64,000 bases of DNA, taken from positions 62,001-126,000 of the forward strand of contig JAHDYR010000001.1 of NCBI GenBank assembly GCA_019828565.1, in the 5' to 3' direction. Under the pieces are notes generated by a model. That model was not told where the DNA came from. It made no database searches and saw nothing but the letters and a program-made list of their open reading frames with translations. This document shows, piece by piece, positions 34,006-45,700 of this stretch. Source of the DNA: Carpediemonas membranifera BICM. Its lineage: Eukaryota; Protista; Fornicata. The first letter of the stretch is position 1, and each line of letters starts with the position of its first letter. A program made the position numbers and the translations under genes.

Positions 34006-35481
34006 GCGCGAGGGCCACCCCGTGCTCGTCGACTTCGAGACGGCCTCGAACATGGACGCCGTGAACGCGACCGCGACCGGAGTCAACATCGGCACGCTCG
34101 CCTTCAGCGCGCCCGAGGAGATCGCCGCGCGCAAGGCCGGAAAGAAGCTGAAGCATCGCGAGCAGCAGGCAGCCGATGTCTACCACGCGGGCCTGACGAT
34201 GCTGGCGCTGATGACGAAGGACTATACGGATTTCTGCAGGGACATCCTCTCTCAGCTGCAACAAGGACTTGCTCGAGAGTTCGACCGCCAACGACGACAC
34301 TCTCTGCGCCGCCCTGCTCGCCACTGTTGCCGTCCCCGACGCCCTGCGCGACGTGCTCTCCGGCATGCTCGCCACCCACCCCGAGGCCCGCTGGTCCGTC
34401 CGCCGCGCCCTGGCCGACGGCCTCTTCGCTGCCGCTGCCAACGAGCTGGACCCCGAGGTCGACCTCAACGCGGCGAGCAGCAGGTTCGCGAACGCCCACG
34501 CCTTCGTCGACGACATCGACCGCGTGCGCCTGCAGATGTTCCGCGAGGACCCGGTCGACATCGCCCTCGCTGACGACGTTTCGGCGAGCCTGGCCAGCAT
34601 CGCCGCATGCGAGGAGGACCTGTTCGCCATCCCCGCGACGCTCTCGGGCGACGACGCCGCGAAGGCCCTGCCCGACCTGGTCGTCGAGCTGCCGCATGTG
34701 GCCGTCCGCCAGGCCGTCGGGGGCATGGAGTTACCTGTGCCCATCTTCCGCGAGGGCACGCTGGTCTTCACGCCCGATGCCCTCGACATGCCGCTCGACG
34801 ACCTGCGCCCGGTACTGCTGGGGCTCGGCCGCGTGCTGCAGCTCATGCTGCTCGACGGCATCGCCCTGCCCGCGGACATGGTCAGCGACGCCTGGCTCGT
34901 CGCGCTCACGGGCGGCCGCGTCGACCATGCGCTGCAGACATCGCTCGGGGGCGCCACCGCCGCGTGCCCGCTCGAGGGCTTCGAGGGCGACCTCAAGGCG
35001 TACGGCGACGAGGTGAGACGCCGCTTCGCCGAGCGCATGCAGATCGTCCGCAACGGCATGGCCGCGAAGACGCGCTTCAGCGAGAAGGTCCTCGCGCTGA
35101 CGGCCGCCCAGCTGCGGGCCCTACTCGTGCGCCCCAACCCGCTCACGGTCGACGCCGTGCTCGCCCCGCTGCGCTTCCCCGCGGACAGCCAGGGCGTGCA
35201 GGACGCCCTCCGCGCCGTGCTCGAGGACGACGAGACGCGCCGCCGCTTCGCCTTCCACGTGTTCGGCGGCCAGTTCCCCAGCCCGGCTCCGTCGGCGTGA
35301 CCCTCCACGACCACCACCGCGTGTACGCCGACTGCGCGGGCGCCTCTCTCGTCTGGAGGACGCCGGCCAGATGCGCCAGGCGGTGCTCGACTCGGCCCCT
35401 GCCACATCAGGCGCGGCAGCCGACTTCTACGTCATCCCGCGGCGCCAGCAGGCATACTCGCGCGCCGAGATCAGGACGCTC
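30695..35481. repeat. Inverted segmental duplication of 1..4289
   Basis: Reverse complement of 1..4289 aligns nearly identically (e.g. 4261-4289 vs 30695-30723; 3353-3366 vs 31618-31631), apart from two deletions and divergent WD40 blocks. Confidence 0.95.
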
Positions 35482-35874
35482 GTCGAGCAGAACGACATCC
35501 TGCAGACGTGCCGCCTGGTCACGCTCGGCAGAGGCGCCGCTGTGGACGTCCCCGTCATCCGCCGCTGCCCCACATGCGGCGAGCTGGCAACTCGCGAGGG
35601 CGACCTGAACAGCTGCAAGATGTCGAAGTGCCCGTGCGGCCAGGACTTCTGCCACAAGTGCCTGCTCCGCGTGGCCAACCATCGAGAGCACATGGTTCAC
35701 TACAGCTGCCAGTGCGAGATGGCGCCGCGCCAGATAGTCGACCTGCCCGAGGGCGTCGCGAGGCAGCGCACCGTCACGTGCCCCCACTGCCATCGGTCGG
35801 CCACAGTCAGCGCGAACCGGAGGCAGGTCACGTGCCGCGGATGCAGCCGGACCATTGACGCGAGAGCTGTGTAG
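30957..35874 (+). CDS. WD40 - coiled coil - Ser/Thr kinase - HECT-like E3 - RBR Rcat/IBR-like - Zn ribbon protein, copy 2 (several frameshifts; 5' exons upstream)
   Basis: ORFs 31060..32475 (WD40), 32493..33347 (helical), 33470..34260 (FAK, CHRDLKPEN, DFE, GTLAFSAPEE, DVYHAG), 34269..35300 (HECT-like LGRVLQLMLLDG, RMQIVRNGM, LTAAQLRALL, RRRFAFHVFG, then YADC after a frameshift), and 35371..35874 (RRCPTC..SCKMSKCPCGQDFCHKC; CPHC..CRGC). Frameshifts at about 32437, 33340, 34250, 35277 and 35345. Confidence 0.8.
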
Positions 35875-35886
35875 AGTTTGTCAAGT

Positions 35887-36366
35887 TTATTCGTCCCCGG
35901 CCACGTCCACCTCGACGAGCTCCCTCCGCTCGCCGCGGACCTTGTGGGGCCCGACTGGCACCAACCCGCCTCCTCGTCAGCCTGATCGAACTCGAACCAG
36001 CGTCCTGCCGTGTCCCGAGGGTTGATGCGCGTGGGCAGGTCAGGGTGGAATGTGGTCCAGAGCGTCTGGCCCTCGTCGACGAAGACCAGATCGTCCAGAT
36101 CGCAGAATATCATCTTCAGGTCGATCGCGAACTGCAGCGGGGTCGCCGGCGCACGTGTCGCTGTCGTGGAAGGCAGGCAGCAGGCCGGCCTCGATGATGT
36201 GCTCACCGATGTCGCCCGCGAACAGCACTAGCCCGCCACTGAGGAAGACGATGGAGGCCAACAGCACGTGGAACAGCGTGCTTAGGGATCTTTCCCTGTC
36301 GCCAGGACAAGCAATGTATCTTTCCAACGGCATGCCTGGCACGAACAACTGCCACAAGCCGGTCAT
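35887..36366 (-). pseudogene. Truncated, frameshifted C-terminal fragment of the RCC1-like family
   Basis: LVLFAGDIGEHIIEAGLLP, PLQF..IFCDLDDLVFVDEGQT, RDTAGRWF and VEVDV match MYAGKV..SGLLP, PLVF..FYCSECLLVTVHDGQT and RDEAGQWY of 4618..6273. Confidence 0.6.
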
Positions 36367-36391
36367 TTATAAACAAAACAGCTCAAACACT

Positions 36392-38779
36392 TCAGACGTC
36401 CACACCGAGCTTGCTGATAGCCTCCCAGTCCAACGCCTCGGGCAGGGGCTGGACAGTGGTCAGCTCTCGAACGTAGGCGAGGTCGGTGCGGCGGTCGAGC
36501 TCCTTGACAACGGAGACCACGTTCTTGTATGACTGCTCGATATTACCGCTTAGAACTGTCTGTACATTGCTGTCAGCACTTATGTAAATGCGATATAGTA
36601 AATGGAGGGTCGGCCTTAGCTCAATAACCGCGGGGAAGATCGAGGAAGCCACCACAGGCTGCTCCGTGCGGCAGTTGCCTTGTCTGGACACCTTCATAGC
36701 GAGCGAAAGGTGGGCGGCCAGCGTGTTGAATAGCTCAGCGACCACAGCCGCAGTCTCCGGCAATCCTAGCGTGTCAAGGGCCTCCTGCACGGGCTGGATC
36801 CCGAGTGTGGGCGACAGGAACGTGAGCTGGGACTGAGTGCGCAGCTTAGTGCTGAGGTAGGTCAAGTGACGGGAGACGAGGGCCGAGTCATTAGGCATCT
36901 CGCCTCTGAGGTTAACCCAGGACGACAGGAGCGACCTGAACGTGTCCATTCGAGTGATACAGTGTGTCAGAGTAGACGGGTGGCCTGTCTGGATGAGTCT
37001 GAGTACGACCGTAAGCACCTTGGTAGCCACGGTCGGGTTGAGGACGGGTCGCTTCATGAGGGCGTTGAACACCTCGTGGAAGGACTTGTGGTCCCACGTG
37101 TGTACAGCGAGGGCGCGGATGTGCTTCGTTTTGACTGGGTCCCCCTTTGTGCTCGTGGCCTTGAGGACCTCCGTCTGTACGGGGGTGCGGCTCAGAGAAG
37201 ACATGGCGACTGTCTCGCGAAGGGTGATGCTACCCCTGGTGATCGTTGGCAGGATTCGGGGCATTTTAAGGCCAGTGATAGGCTGACTCCCGCCGCCCGA
37301 GCGGGCAATGTACGGGCTGGCAGAGGCGCCGTGGATGGTGGCAGCGTGCATGGACGGTGTGTTTGAATTACTCATAGGATGGTGTCTTGGTTTCATCGAC
37401 ATGGTGGGGGAGACGGGCTCAGAGCGAGACGAAGGCGAGCGTGTTTCGTTGAAAAATGCAGACTCTGACACGACCGGGATGCTGGAGTGGGTGTCAGTGG
37501 TCGGGGTCGAGGGAATATTAACTGCTGTGGCATCCTTGTCCAGCATATCCCACAGGGTCGACCCGACACCCGCGGGTTGGGCCGAGAGCGATGACTTGTG
37601 CGTCGGCTGGTGCGGCTCGGGCTTGGACTCGGGCTGGGGGCTGTTGACTGGCTTGGATGCTGTCGGGGCTGGTGAGTTGAAGAACTCATCGAACAAGTCG
37701 CTAGACTGGGGGACATGCTTGGGTGCTGGAGCCTTGGCGGGGGCTGGGCTGTTGAAGAACTCCTCGAAAAGGTCAGATTGGGTGCTGGGGGCAGTCTGGT
37801 TCGACTGGGCCGAGGCGGGGGTCGATGCGAAGTCGACGAGTTGCTCGTTCACGGGATGAGCGGCGCAGTGGGCCGCGCAGTGCCGGACGACGGGGTGGGA
37901 GGCTGGGAGGAGCGCTTGGGCGATCGCGTAGACTTGGTTAATCAATTGATGAATGTCTGGGCGTTTGGCCGGGTCGACCACCAGACAGTATTTGATTAGC
38001 TCAATTATGGTGTCAGAGAAGGGGTGGACCTTGGGGAAGGTGTAGCGGCCCCCTACGATGGCCAGGGGCGAGGGGTTGTCGTCAAAGGGCGTCTTGAAGA
38101 AGCACAGCTTGTAAAGGAGCACGCCGAGCGACCAGATGTCAGTCTTCTCAGTGATGGGCCAGCCTCTGTAGAGATCGGCGAGCTCTGGGGCGAGGTAGAC
38201 CATGGTTGTCTCTCTGGATACCTCGTCCTCGATGGCCGCGCGCAGGGGGGCGTCGTGGGAAACGTCTCCGTACCGCTCGAAGCAAGCAGAGCCAAAGTCG
38301 GTTAGGAACATCTTCCCACCATGCACGAGGATGTTCTCTGCCTTGATGTCCCGGTGTGCGGCGGGGGGGTCAAGGGTGTGCATCGCCGCGATGCCGAGGA
38401 CGACGGAAGCAAAGATTTCGATGACTTTCTGCTCGGAGAAATGCTTCATGCCTGCAGATAGACGGTTGTTCATCACATCAACGACGGATCCGTTCTCACT
38501 GAACTCCATGAGGATGTTTCTGATCTCATTCGAACCTTCGCGCTCAGAGGAATACGAAACCATCTTCACGACATAGTTGCAGTCCTTCAGGCGCTTCAGA
38601 AGGTCGATTTCCTTCTCAGCAACGTAGATATTGCGCGGGTTGGAGCAGATCATGCGCTTCAGGGCATATTGTTGGCCTGTAGCAACATCCTTGACCAGGA
38701 AGACGAAAGAAAAGCCCCCCTCACCAATCTGCTTCAAGATCTTGTACGTACCGGTGGCTAAGACGATTTTCTTCGCCAT
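36392..38779 (-). CDS. NAK-family (AAK1/Ark1-like) kinase with a C-terminal ANTH-like domain
   Basis: IGEGGFSFVFLV, YALKRM, PPAAHRDIKAENIL, DFGSAC, TTMVYLAPE, ITEKTDIWSLGVLLYKLCFFKTPF. C-terminal VLKATS..PVKTKHIR..KVLTVVLRLIQTGHP. DLFEEFF/DLFDEFF motifs in the linker. Confidence 0.88.
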   Translation of the reverse strand: MAKKIVLATGTYKILKQIGEGGFSFVFLVKDVATGQQYALKRMICSNPRNIYVAEKEIDLLKRLKDCNYVVKMVSYSSEREGSNEIRNILMEFSENGSVVDVMNNRLSAGMKHFSEQKVIEIFASVVLGIAAMHTLDPPAAHRDIKAENILVHGGKMFLTDFGSACFERYGDVSHDAPLRAAIEDEVSRETTMVYLAPELADLYRGWPITEKTDIWSLGVLLYKLCFFKTPFDDNPSPLAIVGGRYTFPKVHPFSDTIIELIKYCLVVDPAKRPDIHQLINQVYAIAQALLPASHPVVRHCAAHCAAHPVNEQLVDFASTPASAQSNQTAPSTQSDLFEEFFNSPAPAKAPAPKHVPQSSDLFDEFFNSPAPTASKPVNSPQPESKPEPHQPTHKSSLSAQPAGVGSTLWDMLDKDATAVNIPSTPTTDTHSSIPVVSESAFFNETRSPSSRSEPVSPTMSMKPRHHPMSNSNTPSMHAATIHGASASPYIARSGGGSQPITGLKMPRILPTITRGSITLRETVAMSSLSRTPVQTEVLKATSTKGDPVKTKHIRALAVHTWDHKSFHEVFNALMKRPVLNPTVATKVLTVVLRLIQTGHPSTLTHCITRMDTFRSLLSSWVNLRGEMPNDSALVSRHLTYLSTKLRTQSQLTFLSPTLGIQPVQEALDTLGLPETAAVVAELFNTLAAHLSLAMKVSRQGNCRTEQPVVASSIFPAVIELRPTLHLLYRIYISADSNVQTVLSGNIEQSYKNVVSVVKELDRRTDLAYVRELTTVQPLPEALDWEAISKLGVDV

Positions 38780-39119
38780 CGTGAGCGAATTGGTGATGAT
38801 ATGTGCTAAAACTGCACATTGCTCAATCTATTGATGAAGGCTCAGCTCAGGCACCAAACTCCGCGGACATGCTCTTTACTCCTCATAGATCCCAATGCAA
38901 CGCTCAGGTTGGAGTTCTATTCCTGGCAGTCACAGGCGTTGTGGTGACAAGTGGCAGTCGACCGCTGGTCGCAGGTATGATTTGGGTGATACTGGATCAG
39001 AGAGAGATCGGCGTGCGTGGCACTCTGCTGTCATGCCGATCAAATGGCGATGAAAAGAGGGTAACTCTGTTCGAGTCGGGGTCGGCAATGCAGCCGCAAC
39101 TGACTATACTGTGCACACG

Positions 39120-40854
39120 ATGAACGAGAACTTGCCGTATGGTCCCACAAGAAGCGCACGAATTGCTGAGAATGAGAATGAGCCAAGAAGTCAAGCAGTG
39201 ATTGAGCAGCGCAAAAAATTTGTCGAATTATGCACATGCATGCCAAGGGAGTGGCGCGAGCTTCCCGGCGATGTTCCAACTCTCCTTCGCCGTGCATTTG
39301 ATCTTGAGTTTGCACATGAGGAGGCTCTTAACAGCTTACACGACATCCGGCGCGAAATGCACCGCGAAGATGCCAGAGTAATCATGAAGCAGATCCTCGC
39401 TTCCGTCGCCCCGGTCTAGCAGGAAGACGTAGAGCTACACGCCACGACCCCTCCTGCCATACCGCCCGAAACACCCTCTGAGGACCTCCCCGACCAACCG
39501 GATGATGTCGATGGCCGGCGGGGAGACACCGTGAACCCTCCTCGCATACGGCCCGAAGCATCCCCGCAGGGTCTCTACACCCTGCCTCCCGGCGTGCTGT
39601 GGAGCTGCTTGATGGGGGCGCGGGCGAATCCTGACATAGACGACTCGGTTTATGATGATGCAGAGGCGTGCGACTGTGCTCCTAGCTTGCTCCGCGCTAT
39701 TCAGGAGACACTCACACCCGAGGCCAAATGTCTCTGGTTTCTCTGTAAGAAGTTCAAAGTGGTTCGAGAAGACGAGGAGAGAAGATGCGAGACGAGAATC
39801 TACAAGTTGTCCAGGTCCAGATGTTATGTCGACCGCATGCATATGGGTCGACTCTTCATGCTCGTTATTCAGAGTTCCGGATCCCGCGCTTTCACTCGAG
39901 CCAGGATGCCCATAGCGCTTGAGCTTTACGAAAGTGCTAAAAATGCAACATTCATCGCCAAAACGCACAAAGGTCTGTGGGGCTGGGGAGACACTTCAGA
40001 CACGGCCATCTGGGGTTCAAATATTGAGGTGTTTTGACTCAACCCAGGCGCCTCACCTTCCCCAATTGCCCTGAGGTCACCCAGCACGAGGCCAGCCTGC
40101 CCGCCTGGAAGAAGGACAGCATGATTGTTGATATCCTTGTCGATTACCTCAATACTGTTGAATTTACAAATGTCGGTGCAGTTATCTCTGGAACTAGACC
40201 TATGTGGCGCAAGGAGAGCTCCAAGGCCGTCGACTTCCGTCCTATCACACTGCCACCCGGCTTTGTTGCTGACCGCATCTTTGTTGGCTGGGAGACCATC
40301 ATCCTGTCCATGAAGCAAGGAGAAGCAGGCGATCGGCAGCTGGTCAGCGGCGGTAACAGGAGTGGCCAGCTGGGGCTCGGGCACGGGAGAATGGTGACTG
40401 AATTTGTCGACCTGCCCTTCAAGGTCGACGAAGTCATATCTTCGACCGGAACGTTCAACGTCTTCCTCAGTGGCCACCAGCTGCTTTTGGCTGGCCCTCC
40501 CATATCGCCGAGTCGGGCCTGCTACCAGGATTCGGTGAGCGCGACAAGTGCCTCACAGCCACCCCTCTCCGGTTCCCTACGCGGGTCAAGGGGTTTTACT
40601 GTTCTGAGGTTTGCCTTGTATGGGTTAGGGAGGAGGCGACTCAGGCCCATGCAGATTCTATCGCTGTGCAACTCGATGGAATGAAGGTTGTGGCATTGGC
40701 AACCAAGCCAGAATACAAGGTCCAAGCCGCGTCGGGCAAGTGGTTTAATGTGATTAGCAGCGTGACTTTGCCGGTCGAATGCGAGGCACCGAAGGACTGG
40801 GATGAGGTTACACAAGTTGATGTCGACCCGTGGGTCGAGCCAAGCCTGCGATAA
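39120..40854 (+). pseudogene. RCC1-like family paralog, broken by a stop and several frameshifts
   Basis: Fragments ELPGDVPTLLRRAF, LWFLCKKF, RMHMGRLF, GLWGWG, GGNRSGQLGLGH and SGKWFNV are spread over ORFs 39111, 39531, 40034 and 40666. Confidence 0.7.
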
Positions 40855-41853
40855 AGGAGTAAACCGCCTAAAAGATGTCGAGCAGTCACAGCATGGATCG
40901 AAGTATGTCTTGGCACTACAGGCCCCTATCGTGAGTCGAGGCGGGTGGCCACTACGCCTTGATAGTATCATGAACACAGGGGTTACTGACAGCCCAACAA
41001 ATTTCCATCACGGCCATGACCCACCGGCTCAAAGACACGTGTGGCCAATGTCGTCAATGCCATGTTAATGACGACGCACAGGCAACTTAACACGTCAGTA
41101 CCACTATACTGTCGTGCTATGTTGTTTCAAAGTGGCGTTGTGCGACAGAGCTCTTTTCTTGTGGTAAATTGACGCTGGCCCGAATGTTGCAAGCATTCGG
41201 TGGTCTTCAAGCTTGTTCTTCCGCACAGCAGATTATATCATAGACATAGAACATTCTTTCGTGCTTCAATGCCGTCAGAGAGGCGACACAGGTCTTTTAC
41301 AACAATCTAGGCTGATTAGAAGCTACCGATGGAGGAAAGGAAGCCATCAGTGGATACATCAGCTTCCTGAATCTCGCACACGGGAGTAACAGGCATCGTG
41401 GTGAACATTTGAACCATTTTGCGTCGATATGAGTTCGTGGTTTTTGTGGTGATAAGCTGATGGATTCATGATCGAGGATCGAATCTTTTAGATCTAGACC
41501 ATTCTTGACCACGTATAAAATGATGAGGGACCCGGGACCGGCCACTACTCGAGACTCATACTGGTCTTGGACACGCCCACGAGACAAAGCAGAGATGAGT
41601 TGTCTTAAAGTGCGGTGGCCATGGTGGAGACACAGTGCCGTTGGGGTAGAAGTAGTTCTGCCGTTGAGGTGCTGATTGTAAACATCCGTGTTGCTGGGCT
41701 TGGAACTTCAGAGTCGATGCATCAATCAATTGATTATTGTCAATTGTGATCAACAGCCAACCAGCATAGTCACCAATCGTAACAATCGAGAGGATTGCCC
41801 CGATGCCCACAACCCCAGGAATGGCATGCTTTACTGAGTCCTCGGTCAAGTTC

Positions 41854-42534
41854 TCACTGCTCGACGCCCGTCACCACCTGCCGCTCGACCCCGTCCGGGG
41901 TAATAACAGCCAGCCTGATCAGCCCACCCGAGCTGCCGTCCCTAGACATGGCGAGGGCGACGCAGCTCTTGGCGAACTCGATGCACTCCTCCTTGCTCAT
42001 CCCGGGCCTGTAGTGGGCGTCACAGTAGCCGTAGATGTATGTGGAGCCAGACCCACCGATAGAGAACGGCTGCTCGACGACTGAGCCACCCAGGGGGATG
42101 GAATAGACGTGCGGGCCTGTGGAGTCTACGCCGCCGACAATGATGCCGGCCGAGAGCTGGTCGCGGTATTTGTAGCACATGGAGCGGAATACCTTGGCAG
42201 CTGTGTTCACAGCAGGAGGCTGCCCGAGCTCGAGCGAGTGGACGGTGAGATTTGCCTTCACAATGTCGGAAATGGCCTGGGTGTCGGCCGCAGAGCCCGA
42301 GCGGCAGCAGTATATGTTGTCTGTAACCTTATAGATCTTGTCTGTTACACGGTTAGCGATGAATGAACCGGTTGTTGTCCGGGAATCGGCCGCCATGACG
42401 ACGCCATGGTCAAAGCGGATGGCCATGATGGTAGTCTACGTAAGAAGCGGAGAAACGACACATACACCTAAGCTAACCTCTCCATTGGCCTTTGGGTTCT
42501 CATTGAAGCTCTCGTCGTGTCCTTCGAGCATCAT
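41854..42534 (-). CDS. PSMB6: 20S proteasome subunit beta 1; intron 42436-42465
   Basis: After removing the 30-nt GTATGT...TTACGTAG intron: EVSLG-TTIMA; [49 protein letters not shown]. Confidence 0.96.
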
Positions 42535-42709
42535 TGCTGGAAATGACCAATCCGTCAAAGTGCGGGAGAACGACGCTCCATGGAGCAGGGACCAGGGGGT
42601 AGGGTGTCTCGCGTCCCATAGCTTGGTCCAGACGTACTATTATAACCATCTAATCAAATGATTTCCCTCCCTGCCGAGAAAAACAGCAGCACCCTCCAAT
42701 AGTAGTACT

Positions 42710-45700
42710 TTACAACTCTCCCCCGCACACAGGACAGCTCTGCCCGCCCATCCTCTCAAGCGCATCCTCCTCCATGAAGGCGCAACACCCTGGACAGTGC
42801 ACGAGGTCGGCATCCGGCTCCGTCTGGATAAACACCTGAGGCGGGATCAGCGCATCCTTAATCTGCGAAGGCTCTGCCCACGGTGAATATACGTAAATTT
42901 GGGCCGGATCTACTGATTGAAGATCAGATTTCGATAAGATGATCTCCGCATCCGAGTTCGCGATCAGCCCCATCACGCCATCACCGATCATCAGTGAGTC
43001 TTGCCCGGCAGCGTTGAGGCCGATAGAGTAGGCGATGTCCTCCACTTCCTCCCTCGTAGCATCGTCCACAACGACTCTGACTACAGGCAACACGCGACGC
43101 GTCAGAGAAGAGCGGACCGTCTCGTGTGAACACGCGGGACAGGTCTCCGGGACTGGGGCAAAGAGCGGTTGGACTGCCGCACATCTGGGACAATGGCCGG
43201 TGACTTCATTCGAGTCGGGTCGACCCACCACCTGCTGGTAAATAGCCTCGGCCTGGCAGGAGTACTGGCGAGGCAGCCTGAGCATTCTGAGCCGAGTGAG
43301 CGCGTCCATGGCTATGGCGTGGGACCCAACCTTCGCCGCGCTCGAGGCCAGGCCGAGGGTGGTAATGGCGACGGAGACGCCCTCGGGCAGGGTTCCTGAC
43401 CGGTTGAGGACGTACAAGGCGTGGTGCATCGCGTCCTCAGGGCGGATATCGGTCACGGGCTGGGTGACTGCCTCATGGACGACGGCGTAGGAGGCGTAGA
43501 CGTCGGCAACGGCGGCGTGGTCCTGGGCTTCGGCCACGTGAGCAGCGTCCTCCTCGATGGTGTGCTCGAGGCCCCGGACAGAGTTAAGCTCCTCCTTGAA
43601 CAGGGCTTGAAGCATGGTGCCGGCGAGTGTAAAGCGGTTTGTCCGCACCGCCGAGGAAATGAGCGACCTTAAAATGCCCGTTGCCTTGTCTACCATGCCG
43701 CACTCGACAAAGAGACGCCGGGCCCTCTCGTAGTCACCGTGGACCGCCAGGTAGTCGCCATACGCACTCTTCACGGTCTGAGCGAGGTCCGGCGCCTTAT
43801 TGACGAGTTCAAGTGCCTCTTCGTACTGGCTATGGCGGGTGAGGAAGCCCACGCTCGTCCGGACATCCCCCAGCCGCGTGAGGGCGCTCTTGGCGAGGTC
43901 AATGGACCCCATGTCTTCGAGAAGACCGGCTACACGGGTCAGCGCGTCCTTCTCGGATGCGGGAATCTCCTTGCAGATGGCCTCGAGCTCCGCGTTCTTA
44001 CCATGTCTCGCGAGGAGGTTGACCAGCCTTGCCCACTGGCCCAACGAGTGTAGAATCTGAGACGCGGCTTCAGCGTCCCCAATGCTCTCGAGGAAATCCG
44101 CCTGGTGCGACATGAGGCCGCTAAGCTGCGAAATATCAGCAGTCTCATGGAGCCGAGCAATGTCCTCGCTGGAGCAGAAGAGGAGGGAGTCCTGGGCCCG
44201 CGTGAGGTCCCCCGCCTTGAGGAATGCCTCCGCAGCCAGACCGAACTGACCCTTGCGGATGGCGAGCTCCGCGTTGATGAGCTCCACTACCTCTTCGGGC
44301 TGGCGATCGACCACACGGCTTATAAGATCGACTGCGGGCATATCTCTGAGCCTGATGAAGCACTTGCGGGCGACGTCCCAGTCTGTGGCGCGTAGGGCTT
44401 GTGTGCCGAGGTAGTACCAGTCCTTGTCGGGCACGCCAACGCACGCGATGCTGTAGGCCTTGGCAAAGTCCTTACGGCGGGTGAAATAGACCAGAGCGTT
44501 GGCCAGTGGGATATCGACCACACGGACCGAATTTTTCTTAAAATAAAAGATCTTGGTCCCACTAAACCCGATTACTGGCCCCTGAACGGGTTGCTGGTAG
44601 ATTACCTCCTTGCCGATCTTCACAGACAGGATGCGGTTGGACGAAACAACGTATAGATCGGCGAGCACGCTGTTCCAAGCAAGTGCGCTGGCCCCGTTAT
44701 CGGATATGACCGCTTCCCTGGTGACAAGATTGTACACGCGATACTTACCCGTCTGATCCGCGACAATGATGTGCTCCTTGGTGGTCTGGACGTCGAGACA
44801 GCGAACAAAGCCCGTGTGCCTCAGGATGTTCACACTCTCGGTCTGATTGGCGAATACGCAGTGGACGGAGCCGTCGCTCAGGCCGAGGTAGACGCATTCG
44901 CCGCCTGGTGGACCGCCAATGATCTTCATGTATCCGATATCCGCGTCGAAAGCCCAGGACTGGGAGATATCACCGTTGAAATCGAGCAAATCAATGGTAC
45001 GACCGTTACACAAAAAGATATGCTTCTTAGCGACTACGAGCAGTGAGCACTGAGGCGACTTGTTGACGGTGTGCTTGACCCTGTAGTCCAGCTGATCGGC
45101 CGTGTGGTAAATGACGATGCTGCTGGGCGTTTGGATAGCCAGATGGTCGTCATAAAGTGCGAGTTTCCTAACGTACTTCCGGACGGCCAGCTTGACCCTG
45201 GTTCCCTTGAGGAGGTCCTGCACTACCACGTCAGTGAGCCCGTCTCTAAATGCGTATGTGTCCTTATAAAGCGCGTGCACCATAAGGTTGGTGATGTTCA
45301 GCGCCGCCACCTGGCCGTCGCCCGAGCCCAGTACGACTGTGCTTGACCCAGGTCTGGGTGATACAGACCAGAGCCAGGTATCGCCCAGGGTGGCAGGGGC
45401 ATTGAGGTAAGTACCGTCCTTAAAGAAGTGGACCTGGCCGTCTGTCCCACCGATGAGGAGGTTAGACTCACGCCAGGCCATGCAGAGGGGCAGGAACTCC
45501 AGGGATGTGTGCTTGACCCGTCGGCCCGAGAGTTGGTAGGCCGAGAGGGTTCCCGCCCATGAGGAGACGTAGAGGAGGTGCTCGTCGCCCGCGGTGATGT
45601 TGGGGGAGAAGGAGAGAGCCCACACGGGCCCGTCGGCGAATATCGTCTCGTGATGGATTGACTCACCAGTGGAGTCACGGATGACGACGTTACCCTTCTC

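Noticed and set aside
1-35481. The inverted 4.3-kb copies as terminal inverted repeats of a giant transposon or virus
   Set aside because: The enclosed DNA is ordinary housekeeping genes with no integrase, polymerase B or capsid genes.
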